A DNA stretch of 64,000 bases. Source: Paraspadella gotoi (taxonomy: Eukaryota; Animalia; Chaetognatha). The position numbers were made by a program, and so were the translations under genes. Where the stretch lies: positions 24,391,403-24,455,402 of the forward strand of contig CM119264.1 of the NCBI GenBank assembly GCA_051294375.1, read 5' to 3'. Shown one piece after another: positions 11,391 through 23,996 of this stretch (positions are counted from its first letter, which is position 1; every line of letters starts with the position of its first letter). The notes beneath the pieces are model-generated. The model made no database searches, was not told the DNA's origin, and saw only the letters and a program-made list of their open reading frames with translations.

Positions 11391-12249
11391 CAGAGATGCG
11401 CAGTTGGAACTGCCCCTGTACAGTTCTGCCATTCATTGATTGCGCTGTGCTCTTTTCAACCGAAACGAAATTAACGAAGAGAATAATTGCTGAAAAAATT
11501 GGGTGGAAACAACTATAGTTTTTGTGTGCGTGACTGTGTGTGTTAACAAAGAAATAAAGGAGTTTCGTCGGGAGTCGACTGAGCGGCTCCGTTCTTCTTC
11601 CTCCTAAACAGTTAATTCGCAACTGAATTTCAAGTTGAATAAAACGACAATCAGTTTCAGCTTATCGCCTCCAAACGACCCTCAATCTCAGTTCTCGACG
11701 AATTCTATTTTTAACTTTCACTCGAAAGAGTTTTATTGTTTTTGTTTTTTTGTTTTTGTTTTTTGGTTTTTGTTGATTTCTTTGCTAGATTAGTTTGTTT
11801 TTTAAAATATTAACATCTATCGTTCAATAATTGTTTGATATATTTTTCTGACAATATTTTTTTATCTTAATCTATCTTTCTCCGCGATTTTTATCAATAT
11901 CCAAAGCGATAATACGGCTTCACTGCATTTAATTTAGTAATTTTTTTTTTTCGCCGCGCGACGAATTTCTTCTTTGTCACTTTGACAATCACTTTTTCGG
12001 GTTTTCTTTGTCGTTAGAGAAACGTGGGTGTGTCGCCTCCACTTTTCTTTTTTAATCTCGAGATGAAACCATAATTCGCCAGTTTTCCTTTTCGCTGAAT
12101 CAATTTCATGTTTTCGCGCCTCATTTTACGCATTTTCTCTTTTACTTTTTCTTTGTGAGACGACGACGACGACAACTGATTGGAAGGGATTTGTCGCCCC
12201 TTGGCCCCCTGCCCTTCCGTCAATGGCACCCTCAAAACAGTATCTCTCT

Positions 12250-12280
<31 letters not shown>

Positions 12281-12287
12281 TCTCTCT

Positions 12288-12324
<37 letters not shown>

Positions 12325-12934
12325 CGGTTCCATTCCTTCCAACGTCGGGCGAGTCAAAAATTCTCTTCTCCATTTTTGTTGATTCCTTCTTTTTCTTTCT
12401 TTTTTTTCCTTTCTGCCTCATGTGCTCCTTTTCTTTTTTGAATATTTACCTCTCTTTAAGATCCTTTCTATTTTACCGCGTCCACTCTTTTTAATCTCCA
12501 TTTCCCTCTCAGAAATTTCCAAGTATTCATCCTTACAGAATCGCTTCCCCCGGGGGCGTGCTGGGGGCAGGCGCCCGCGGGTGGCTCCGCGGGGCGGCCC
12601 CGAGGGGCAGGCCAAATCCTTACCAGCCTAGGGCCGGCCGCCTGTAGCCTCTTTTTTGGAGCCGCCCAAGGGGCCACTCCAGGGGGAATCCCCCTGGGGC
12701 GCTATAAAAACCTTGCCCCCTGGGGCTACCCCAAGGGGAATGGATTTTCCTGCCCCCTGGAAACGGCTCTCTCTCCCTCCTATCTCTCTCTCTCTACTCT
12801 CTCTCCTCTCTCTCTCTTCCTCTATCTAATTTTTATCTATTTTCATCTTCATTACAATAAAATATAAAAAATAAAAATAATTTTTTCAGCGATTCAATGT
12901 AATCAATCAATGAAACCATAGCTGTAGCCAATAC

Positions 12935-13445
12935 CAACTTGCATAATTTGGTCACCTGCGCATAATTTAGTCCAATTGACCTAATTTGGTCACTGGACAT
13001 AAATTGGTCAACGGATTATAATTTAATCCAAACTTTTAAAATTGGTATAACTTTTATAATTTGGTAAAAGCTTTATATAATTTGGTACATTTTTTTATAA
13101 TTTAGTTAAACTTGCTATAATTTGGTTAACCACTCATAATTGCGCTAAACTTTTATGAATTGGTAAACTTTATAATTGTAAACTTTCATAATGTTGGTAA
13201 ACTTTCAATATTTGGTAAACTTTCAATAATTTAAATACAATTTGCATAATTAAATCAAACTCGCATTAATTTGGTCAACTTGCATAATTTGGTCAATTTC
13301 ATAGATTTTTGGTCAATTGGCATAAATGTGGGATCAACTGGTATATAATTGGTGTAATTTATGCTGTAATTTAGATGCAACAGTCATAATTTGGTCAACT
13401 GCATATTTGGTCAATTTAGATAATTTGGACGAACTTGGATAATTA
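12935..13445. repeat. Degenerate minisatellite, unit ~18-20 bp (ACTTGCATAATTTGGTCA-like)
   Basis: The ATAATTTGGT core recurs about every 18-20 bp. Confidence 0.85.
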
Positions 13446-14661
13446 ATTATTAATGTTGGATTCAATCAATACAACTTAACCAATTTAAGCGTCATATATA
13501 ATTTTATCAATATGAAATAAAAATAAAAGAAGAAGAAGAAATAGAGAAGTGCAAAAAATTTATTTTAATATTTTTCAAGTAAAAGTAACTTTTGTTTTTT
13601 CCATTAAAACTTACTATTCATTTTTCTACCTAACACACAAGAATTTTGATCGTTAAAAATTTTATAAGAATAGAAGAGTAGGGAATGGTTGATTAATTTT
13701 ATAATTGCACACTATACGAAAATAATTGAATTAAAGTAAAATAGTTTATTGATTAATTATTAATATTCAGTCTTAAGTCCATCCATATTAGCATTGAACC
13801 TCCAATTAATTCGTGATTAAATAGATGGTTGGAATAGAAATTTTGTGTGTGGGTAGAAAGTATGTTGATTGAGCGAGAAGTATCAAGTTATTGTCAACTC
13901 TCTCTCTCAAATCGTCAGCCTCTAACTAACAAGCCGTGAGTTCATGCTGTAAGCAATCTAACATAAACTGACAATTATTAATTACAAATCTTAAATAAAA
14001 TAAAATTAATTTTACGAGTGTAGGAACTCGTTTGCAGCTGTTGATGGAGATAGTTTTATACTGGTGTTAATCTATTTGATGGGGGACATATTCCTAATAT
14101 TAGTTCACATTCAGCTGACTATCACTAGTGTCACAGGGTATCGTCATGGACATACGAAACAAGGCAGAAAGATACACATTTATAAAAAAGAAAGATAAAA
14201 AAGATGCAAAACTAGAATGAGAGTCAAGATGATCTGATTGCGTTCTCTATACCACTAAATTTGTGGTGGGACTACGGTCACATACAGTTGTTTGTTATAA
14301 ACTGTTTTCTATACTATTTAACTGAGCAAGTAAAAGTAAACTGGAGTATATAGAAAATACAAATAGTTGATATGGTATGTTTGATAAAATATGGAATAAA
14401 ATGAGTTAGATCAATACTGACGTTGTGTACTGTGAAAATATGTATATTTAATGTCAGATTACATAAAACAATTCTTGAATAGAGGATGAAAAAAAGATCT
14501 ATAGAGAAGAAAAAAAGAGAGAAGAGAAAAAAAAAGAGTGGAATGAGAAAAAAGAGAGAGAGAGAAAAAGAGGAGACGGGAAAAAGAAAAAGGGAGAGAG
14601 AAAGAGAGAGTAGACAGACAGGGAAAAATATTCTCAGATATAATAACATATCAAACTGAAC

Positions 14662-15510
14662 ATATCTTGTAAGAGTGATGGAGGCCTTAAACCACCAAAG
14701 CCTGTCCAAAGTCAGGGGCAAGATAGCTTGTATTTATTAAATGAATGGATAATTTTTAGTGATTTCATATGGTTGTGATGCCAATTCTCATAGAAATTCA
14801 GCTCTCTTAGTATTTTGAGTGCTAGTGCGGAGTACAATAAGTATTCCCCGATCCTAAATAGCTTAAGGGGAGTGGTCTTTTTCAGTACAATCTGAAACAT
14901 TCTTTGAAGAATAATTTTCCACTTCTATTGATAGGGAAGGCCAGGTACTCCTGGAGTAGAATAAACGAGACTGTGAGAGAGGTCTTTGATGAAAAGCTTG
15001 CAGGGACCTGCTCATGTGCATTATCTTGTAAGAGGTGATGAGGCCTTAAACACACAAAGCCTGTCCGAAAAGTCAGGGGCAAGATAGCTTATATGTAAAT
15101 GATGGATAATTTTTATATTGGTTGTACCAATTTCATAAAAGTTCAGCAATCCTTGGTATTTTGATGCACTAGATGGTGCGGAGTACAATAAGTATTCCCC
15201 GGATCTAATACTTAAGGGAGTGGTCTTGTTCAAGTAACAAATTGGAACACATTGCTTTGAAATATTTTCGCACTTCAATTGATATAGGCTGAAGAGGCAG
15301 GTACTCTGGGAGTGATAAAGACGAGACTGTGAAAAAAGAAGTCATTGGAATTTGAAAGCTTGCCAGGGACGCTGCTATGTATTATTTGTAAGAGTGATGG
15401 AGGCCTTAAACCACCAAAGCTGATCCACAAAAGTCAGGGGAAGATAAGCTTTTTAATTAAATGAAATGTGATAAGTATTTTAATATTGGTTGTAGCCAAT
15501 TGCATCATAG
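14662..15510. repeat. Tandem ~360-bp repeat (~2.4 copies), with a dispersed copy at ~55525-55710
   Basis: TGTAAGAG(G)TGATG(G)AGGCCTTAAAC occurs at ~14668, ~15027 and ~15387. GTATTCCCC(G)GATC(C)TAA and GAAAGCTT..GGG motifs are shared with 55525-55710. Confidence 0.85.
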
Positions 15511-15914
15511 TCAGAAAAAGTATATTTTATCCTCATCTATACTTTGCTCTCGTCTTTAACTCGCCCCTTGGGGGAGCAGTTTTTGTTGCTCCCCAAGGGG
15601 TTACCACCCGGGGCCGACTTTAGTTTTTGGCCCAGGGGCTAAGAGATTAGGGGCGCCGCCTAATGACCCAAAATTAGTTGGCCCCCAGGGGGGAACCCGC
15701 CTCTGGGGCGAGGCCTCGCCATGAGGCGAATACCAGAGGGGGCGCCCCTCAATGGACCATTTGCTCTCCGCCTGGAATAGTCTTGCCCCATGGGCGGCCG
15801 AGCGCCTGTATGAGCACGCCCGCGGGCGGAGGATATTGGTGAGAGTGAACATATCTCACGAATTTCGTTAAAACTATTTACTTATTCATTGAATCTCTCG
15901 ATCTTGATTTTTAA

Positions 15915-15977
<63 letters not shown>

Positions 15978-16415
15978 AAAACCACGAATTAAATTCGAAG
16001 CCCGTTTTTCTCGGGCCGAGATTTGTGGCTCCGGAATAACTTTATCAATATTATTGTTATTATCCATAAACTTTTCAACAGTCTATCTCTTTTGCCGTCA
16101 AAAATTTTAATATTCATCGCAAATTCAAACTAAATTTTTTTTGGTTTCGTCCCTGAGTTAATTAAACCGGGCTCTACCGTGTAACAATTTACTGATTTGA
16201 ACAAGCCTATTTTCCATAAAACATCAATTTTAAAATTCTTTTCAGGTCAAAAGAATTGACTCAGTAAAATTAGTCACAATCCAAACAATCGAGAAACTCG
16301 AGCTTAAAAAAAGCCTTTACCCTAAAAAGCTTGCCTTATCATCTTTTGGAGAAAAAAAAACCCCGAAGCCAACAAGTCTTATCCTCGAAAACATTCGTTT
16401 CGAAACTGGCCTAAA

Positions 16416-17352
16416 ATGGTAAGAAAAAATTAAAAGTTATATAATTTTTTTTAATTCGCATTTCTCATATAAATTTCGACATTTAAAAACATGAGCGAAT
16501 GGTCTTGCCAGATTTACCCGGAATTTCGATTCAATTTGTAACCAAATATTTCATTTTACAGGGAAATCGCTTTCGATTTGTTCTTCTGTTTCTTGTCGTC
16601 TGCGTCGTTGTCCCCCAGGGCTCGCCAGAAGTCGAGCGGAAGAAGCCCAGCGAGATAAAGGTGAAGTTTCAATTTTCCTTGAATTATTGTTTCGGATTAT
16701 TTTGATTTTTTTTTTCTTCAAATCTTTTTCAATCTGGAGTTCTTTTCTAAATTGTATTTTGGTCTTTGTTTCTGATTTTTGTTTACTTTCTGTAAAAACT
16801 GGCGCTTTTCTCCGACATTTTCGTTGATAAACTAATTACAAGAAAAATCTTTATATTTTCTCATGTTTTTAAAGAATTTGTTTTGTTATTCCTTTGAAAA
16901 TTTTATGTTTATTTAATCTTCTTTTTTAATTTTTGAACTCTTGAAGACTTTCGTCTCCGAAATCCGTTCCACCATCGAATTGGCGCTGAAGAAGGAAGCC
17001 AATGATGACGTCGTATGCAACGACGTTTGCGGACTTTTGGACACGGACAGAACCGTCAATGGGCGGACGCTAAAGGTGAAGAAGGGAAGGAGAGGGAGGA
17101 AGAAAAGTCAGAAATCGTCGATATCTTGAATAATTGACTAATAAGAGTAATAAGACCTGATAAGTCGCCTCAATAATAATGATCATTGAAAGACAACAAT
17201 ATCTTGATTCTCTTTCGCAGAGTTTTCACCAGTTCTGCACGGAAAAGTGTCCCGAGTTGATCAAGAAGGCGAAGGAGGACGGGCATCTCCTCGACGACAA
17301 GACTCTCAAAAAGTTCATCATGGAGACGTTGCGAAGCCACGACGAGCTCTGA
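16416..17352 (+). CDS. Small (120 aa) ER-luminal protein with a signal peptide, two CxxxC motifs and C-terminal HDEL; 4 coding exons
   Basis: Exons 16416-16418 (ATG|GTAAGA), 16562-16660, 16947-17075 and 17221-17352, all GT-AG and phase 0. Protein: MGNRFRFVLLFLVVCVVVPQGSPEVERKKPSEIKTFVSEIRSTIELALKKEANDDVVCNDVCGLLDTDRTVNGRTLKSFHQFCTEKCPELIKKAKEDGHLLDDKTLKKFIMETLRSHDEL*. Confidence 0.85.
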
Positions 17353-17759
17353 TTGGTTGGCCGGCAAAAAAAAGATCTCTTTTCCTATTGGTCCCCGGAG
17401 GGCGCTCATCTGTTTTTCTTTTTTTCTTTTATTTTACTCGTCGACGGGCGTGATAAACTTTTTATTAATCCTCGCCCAAGTGACTCCTGAAATGGACCTA
17501 ATCTCTCAGGACCTTCAGAAGATCATCTAAATTTTTTTTCTTCCCGTTTTCTGTTCCGAAAGAAAATTTATATTCATAGTGAGGAAATAAATCTTTTTTA
17601 ATACTAAAATCGTTTTCTTAATATTTGTCATTTCTCTATCAATTCTAATTCGTGAAAATTTATAAGTGACGTCGGGTTCCAAAAGGAGCCAAGTTTATTC
17701 ACTCGTCCCCGTCACCACTCAACACCCCCCTACTCTTTAAGCCAAACCCGTCAAGTGGC

Positions 17760-17803
17760 GTCGCTATAGAAACGAGGCGGTGGCGACGCGTCGCTATGGA
17801 AAC
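17760..17803. promoter_or_regulatory. Two tandem RFX X-box motifs, 30 bp apart
   Basis: GTCGCTATAGAAAC (17760-17773) and GTCGCTATGGAAAC (17790-17803) both fit GTHNYY-AT-RRNAAC. Confidence 0.6.
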
Positions 17804-19189
17804 CGGCGTCGCTTGACCCTTTGACAGGAAAGCGATCAAGAGATTTTTTTGGGGGGCGACCGCGAGACTCAATCCTAGAGACGTGACGGGGATATCGAGG
17901 CCTCAGCTCGAGGGAGCTCCGGCTCCCATTCCAGTTTCCAAGCCTAAAAAAAAACCCTTCCCGCTTCTTTTGTTCAAACATCAAATTCAAAGCCTTCGTC
18001 ACCAAATTTCGGTTTTCGACCTAAACTCGATGGCTTCCTCCAAGTCCAAACCCTTTTTTATTTTCCTTTTTTCTCCTTTTGCTTTTTTTTTTTAACTCTC
18101 TATTTTTATTATTATATATTTCGTACTATATCCTCCTGTTTTTCCATTTCTTCCTTTTTTTCCCTCTAGATATAGATGAGGAAAAAGAAATTTCTTTAAT
18201 TCAACAACGACGGTTTTTTTTTATTTCCGTACATGTTTCGACATTACTTTTTCTCTATAACTTTTTTCTGCCCCCCCCCTATTTTTTTCTTTCTGCTCTT
18301 TGTTTTTATCTCCTTTCCTTTTTTCCTCGGTCCTTTCCTTCTCCTTTTCCTCCCTCCCTCTTATCTCCCTTCTTTCCTTCTTCTCCATTATCCGTCTCAT
18401 AAGCCGATGCGGCCAACAACGACGCGTGTGCAAAGCAGCAGATCGGACTTTTCCTTTTCCCCTTTCCATGCCTCTCACTCCTTCTAACTCTCCCTCTTCC
18501 ATGCCATAATTTCCTACCTCTTCCCCTAATTCTCCATCTTCAATGCCACGCCATGCCACTTCTTCTATCCCCCGCCGTAAGAATTTCCAAGGGGCGGGTC
18601 TCTCATCAAAACCTCGCCGGTTAGTTGATCTTTCGACTTCAATAAAAAAAAAGTTAATGATAGTCGGACGTTCCAACGCTCATATTTTCATTGCATTAGT
18701 TAGTTATAAGATGTTTATAAAATGTGAGGAAAAAAATTATCGCGATGATATTTAAAATCCCAACTATCACTCACTCCGATACTTATGTATGTAATTTTTT
18801 CGGTAGTTTATAATTTAACTGACAAGACTTTCTTCTGGACATCTCGATTCTGGACACGCAGCCTAAACAGGAAACACGGCACGACAGGACTTGGATTATA
18901 ACAGGCGAAAATTTTTGACGCTTGTACCATCGACGAAACCTTAGGGGTGCGCGAGTTGTCGTTATAGTAACGGTTGATTAATTGACAAAATTGGATTATG
19001 ATACTTTCTAAAATTAAAAAAAACATAGGGTATTTTCATATTACGTAGTCTTAGTAAGCAACTAACTACTAAGCATCTAGATTTGTATGTTTTCAATTTG
19101 TCTCTTTTATTTTAATTAACATATTTAAATTAAACTAAGACTGGTAGATCGTAAACTATTTTCCCGAGAGTCAAATACTCGGACCTTGA

Positions 19190-21042
19190 TTAGTGGGAAG
19201 GAGTTTCTGCGTTTGTCGGCCTTGCTGTTGGTCGTCTTGTGGTTGACGCTCTTGCGGTTCTCGTTGTGGTTGACGCTCTAATTTTCGTGGTGGTAATTGT
19301 GGTCGTGGGTGCTCTGGTCGTGGTGGTGGTCTTGGTAGTCGTGGGTGCCCTGGTAGTTTTGGTAGACATCGTAGTCGTAGGCGGCCTCGTGGTTGTCGTC
19401 GGCACTCTTGTGGTGGTAGTAGGCGCTCTCGTCGTCATTGTCGTCGTCGTGGGCGCCCTTGTGGTCGGAATCTCCACAGGCACTTTGCTTCCTGGAGGAC
19501 ATCGAAATCCCATGGGGCATCGGATGCACTCAGTCATTCCGACGTTGGGCTGATATGTTCCTTGCGGGCAGGGGTTTTCTGTAGGGCTTTTTGACCCTTG
19601 AGGGCAATAGTAGCCTTGATAGCAGAGGCCGGATGGATTGAATAAACCTTGCTTCGCGCAATAATGGCCTGGCGGGCAAAGGTAGACGAGGAAATAATAT
19701 TTTAAGAATATATTTACACATGTTTTAAAGTTGATTTTCTTTTTCTGTGAAAACCGACAACTTCTCACTTTAAAGGGACCGATTCTCCCTCTTCTCCTCT
19801 TTCTTCTCTTCTCCCACAATCCCTCACCTGGTGAGCATGGTGTCGGATGTCCACTTCCTGTAGGACAGTAATAACCAATTGGACACAGGTTAGCTTCCGG
19901 CACAGCACTTCCTGTTGGGCAGTAGTAGCCTGCTTGACATGCTCCAACAGGCTCTCTCAGTCCATGTCCGCTGCAGTACTTGCCCGATGGGCATGGCTGG
20001 CAATCTGAAACCGCCTTGGCGCCCTCTCTGTTCAGAAAAGTTCCCGGTGGGCAAGGGATTCCCTTGGGGATTTTTGACCCTTGAGGACAATAATAGCCTT
20101 TGGAGCAGAGTCCGGAGGGACTGGATAAACCTTGTTCCGTGCAATAATGGCCTGGCGGGCAAAACGAGAAAAATGTTTCAAGATTATATGCATGCTGAGA
20201 GTTGAAACATGTCCGATATTTACTATTATTGTAAATAAAACTTTGCCGTTGCCGAAACAAACTAAATTATCTTCGTTATGCATGGGTTTTATATTATACA
20301 TATATGCAGTATATGCATTTTTTTCACTTTGCGTGTGAAAAATACGTAAAACTACAGCTCTTAATGAATTATGTAATATGGAGGTGGGCCATTGTCACTG
20401 ATTATCCATCGTTGGTGAGCGCCGTTGGAGCTCTCGATGCACCCCGGCTCTGAACGATAAGAGCCACCTTCGCCCGCTGGCAAACTCCATAAAACCGCCT
20501 TAAAACTGCATTAAGGCCTCCAGCCCCAATTTCCTAAAATCGCCTAAATCTTCAAATCCTCTAGATTCGACAATTCCCCAAATCCTAAGAAAACATCTAA
20601 TCTTCAACATCCAATCTCTGACCTGGCGAGCAGGGTGTCGGACCTCCGCTTCCTTCTGGACAATAGAATCCAGATGGACACCGGTTTGATTCTGAACCAA
20701 CGCTTCCAACTGGGCAGTAGTAGCCTGGATGACAAGCTCCAACAGGCTGCTTCAGTCCAAGTCCGCTGCAGTACATGCCCGCCGGGCAGAGCAGGCAGTC
20801 TGACAAGGCCTTGGCGCCCTCAACGTCCAGAAAAGTTCCCAAAGGGCAGATCTAAGCGAAAAATACGATTCTGAAGAAATGTTTGACCTTTTTCTGTTTG
20901 TTTTTTTTTTTTGTTTTTTTGTTTTTTTTTGGTTGTCTTACTTATTCCGGAAAGATTTTACACTAGTATTATCAAAGATTTCAGACAAAAATTGCTTTAA
21001 TAATAAAATTAACTCGTTTTTCTCTGCCGATTTTTACACTAA

Positions 21043-21132
<90 letters not shown>

Positions 21133-21416
21133 CGTTTCCATTTCATAAGTCTCTCACCTTCGGCTTAAAGGAGTTTCTTGGACAATACCTCCCCTTGGGG
21201 CAGATCTTGGACCTCATAAAATGGAGCAGGTCACAATAGTAGCCCGCCTTGCAGATGGTCAGGTAGCCCGTGACATCGAAACTGGATGCCGACGAAACTT
21301 GGGAAAAAGAAGGGAACTGAAAACCTTAAGAGTGAGCAGTTTAAAGTAATAATATTACGATACTCACCCAAACAGCAGATGAAAACGGGAATGACAATCG
21401 CTAAAAACGATTTCAT
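19190..21416 (-). CDS. Secreted Cys-rich repeat protein (GCC2/GCC3, ephrin-receptor-like CPxGxYC repeats) with a Thr-rich mucin-like tail; ~406 aa, 5 exons
   Basis: Exons 21416-21368, 21297-21158, 20851-20623, 20151-19828 and 19668-19190 total 1221 nt with consistent phases. Signal peptide MKSFLAIVIPVFICCLGVSSA, many CxxGxYCP repeats, and (TTTRAP)n near the C-terminus. Confidence 0.88.
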
Positions 21417-21479
21417 TCTCTTTTTTTTTCTTTTTTTAAGTCAATAAAAAAAAGGAAGTGTGCGAGAATTTTGTCGATA

Positions 21480-21486
21480 TTTTATA
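21480..21486 (-). promoter_or_regulatory. TATA box for the Cys-rich protein gene
   Basis: The minus strand reads TATAAAA ~65 nt upstream of the ATG at 21416. Confidence 0.5.
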
Positions 21487-21626
21487 GGAATGGTTTTGTC
21501 GATTTTTTGCGCACCCGATAATACGAGGTGCGAAAAAAATATGGATCAAAATTTGAAACTAAATCTGAGAGCAGAAAATTTAGATTTCTTCTTTTAAAAA
21601 AAAGTTATCGTCTTCTAAACTTCCAA

Positions 21627-22198
21627 CAGGGAGGTCAAGCTCTTTTGGGACTAACTTAAAAAAATCGTTTAAAAATTTGAAAATTTGAAAGTTAGTACGC
21701 TTGTAAAAAGTTGTAATGACAAAACAATTAAAAATATACACATTCGGCAACCATGACCTTCTCTAAGTGCTCAGAGAAGGCGGCATATGCTCTTGGGACC
21801 GCGCCAGTAGGGAATTCTGTCAATTCTGTCACTATTATTGCTGTCAGAAGATTAACAGTTCTAGAGGGGATGCATGGGACATTCTGCTGCTGTATCCTAC
21901 ATTTTCATCAATCAGGGGGATTGCAGTCAGAAAAACTGGGCGGTCAAAAGTCAGAAGTTACCATCCTTAATCTTGATTTTCGCCAAAATTTTCCTAAATT
22001 TTATAAGGAAGCGACGCGAATAATTGCAAAAAGCATCATTTACAGTAATTTTTGTTGGATTTTCCGGACGTTTTTTATATCAAACATTTAAAACAAATTT
22101 AACTTAGTTTCCAAATATAGTCCTTTTTTTCTTCTATTATAAATCGTTTTTGTGCCGTAAGCACTTGAAGATAGTCCCATAAGATCTGGACCTCCCTG
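21627..22198 (-). mobile_element. Internally deleted Tc1/mariner-superfamily DNA transposon (DD37D/maT-like), 572 bp
   Basis: TIRs of ~27 bp: CAGGGAGGTCAAGCTCTTTTGGGACTA versus (reverse complement) CAGGGAGGTCCAGATCTTATGGGACTA, with TA at the right end. The internal decayed transposase reads (W)PPSFSDCNPPD...RAYAAFSEHLEKVMVAECVYF. Confidence 0.8.
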
Positions 22199-22546
22199 TA
22201 CTAAAATACGATTTATCAAATATTATAATATACGAAAAAATAAGTCATTCAACCACGAAAATCCGCTTGGAAAAAAACTAATTTCTTTTTTTTTTTCTCT
22301 TTTTAATTTGATTATGGTTAACAGGTTTTAAGTTCTCACGCGCGTTGAGATTTGTTATCTTTTTTCCACCTACCGCTACTTCACTCCTCGCCACCCCCCT
22401 TTCCCCCCCACGTTCCCCCCCCGTTCCCCCCCCCCACGTTCCCCCCCTAAAAAAGAAAAAACGAAACAAAGACTTTTTTTTTATTCTTCGGTTGAAGATT
22501 CGCGCTGCTACTTTCGCGAGCAGAGACAAATAATCAATTTGAAACC

Positions 22547-22600
<54 letters not shown>

Positions 22601-23113
22601 AAGTGTTTCCTAAACAGGTGGAAAAAACTTGTTTCCATCGAAACGTCTTCGTTTCAAGTTCACACTTTGACTGGAGGCGACGGAGTCTCAAAACGCGAGA
22701 CGTTAAAACGTCGAAGGAAAAAGTAAAAAACCCTAAATCCTAATTAAATAAATATATTTGGAAGAGTCGAGTTTTGTTTAATTACGTTTTTTTTTGTTAT
22801 GTACAAAGTTCCTAGTTTTTTCGATTTTAGTTTGTTACTGAATTTTGGAACATTTTACGGACCAAGTTTTTTATAGTTTGACTATTTTGACACATTTTCC
22901 GTCCTTTAATTTTAATTATTCTAATCACCAACTGATTGGAAATAAGTTCAATATAATTTATTCAATTAATTTAGGTCAAACGAGGCCGATATTTTTACCG
23001 AACAAAATGACATTGTCACAACTTTTTCTTTTTCACAAACTGGATTTTATTATCGTTGATTTTGATCATAATCGTCATCATCATCATCAGCATCATCATC
23101 GCCAATTTATCAT

Positions 23114-23148
<35 letters not shown>

Positions 23149-23238
23149 ATTTATCATAATCATCATCATCATCATCATCAATTTATCATAATCATCATCA
23201 TCATCAATCAATCATCATCATCCTCGATTTCAACTCAC

Positions 23239-23397
23239 GGTCGTGATGACAGACGGCGGGGATGACGTGATACGCTGTGTCACAGTCTTCTCGCGCGCGA
23301 CAAACTTTGAGCGCCATGACGCAGTCGAGTCCCCCGTTGAATGGACCCGAGTAGTGGAGGTAAGGGTTCGCCAGCGGCATCAGTTGGAGGATGAGGC
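23239..23397 (-). CDS. Internal exon encoding a GAS1/GDNF-receptor-like Cys motif; rest of the gene not resolved
   Basis: Polypyrimidine tract + CAG acceptor, GTGAGT donor, 159 nt, phase 1-1. It reads LILQLMPLANPYLHYSGPFNGGLDCVMALKVCRAREDCDTAYHVIPAVCHHD, with C-x6-C-x5-C-x10-C spacing as in GAS1-type domains. Confidence 0.6.
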
Positions 23398-23924
23398 CTG
23401 CGAGGTGAGGTGAGGAAAGAAAGGAGGGTGCGGGATGAGATGTATGATGAGGAGGGGGAAGTTGGAGATAGGGGGGAGAAGAGAGAGAGGAAGCGGGGCA
23501 GGAAGAGATTGGAAGGGAGGAGGAAAGAGAGGAGAAAGGGAGGAGAAAAGAGAGAGGAAAGAGAGGAGAAAAGGGAGGAGAAAGAGAGGAAGGGGGAGAA
23601 AAGAGTTGAAAGAGGGAGGAGGAAAGAGAGGAGAAACGAGGGAGAGAAGAGAGAAGAAAGGAGGAGGAAGAGAGGAAGAAAAGGGAGGAGGAAAGAGAGG
23701 AGAAAGGGAAAAGGAAAGAGAGAGAAGGGGAGGAGAAAGAGAGGAGAAAGGGGAGAAAGGAAAAGAGAGGAAAAGGGAGAGGAAAGAGAGGAAGAAGGGG
23801 AGGAGTAGAAGAAGAGAAAAGGAGGGGAAGAGAGGAGGGAAGTGAAACACGAAAAAGATGTAGGAAAGGAAAGTGAAGCCAAGGAAAGAAAATTAAGGTA
23901 GAAGACGAGTTGGGAGAAAGGAGC

Positions 23925-23996
<72 letters not shown>

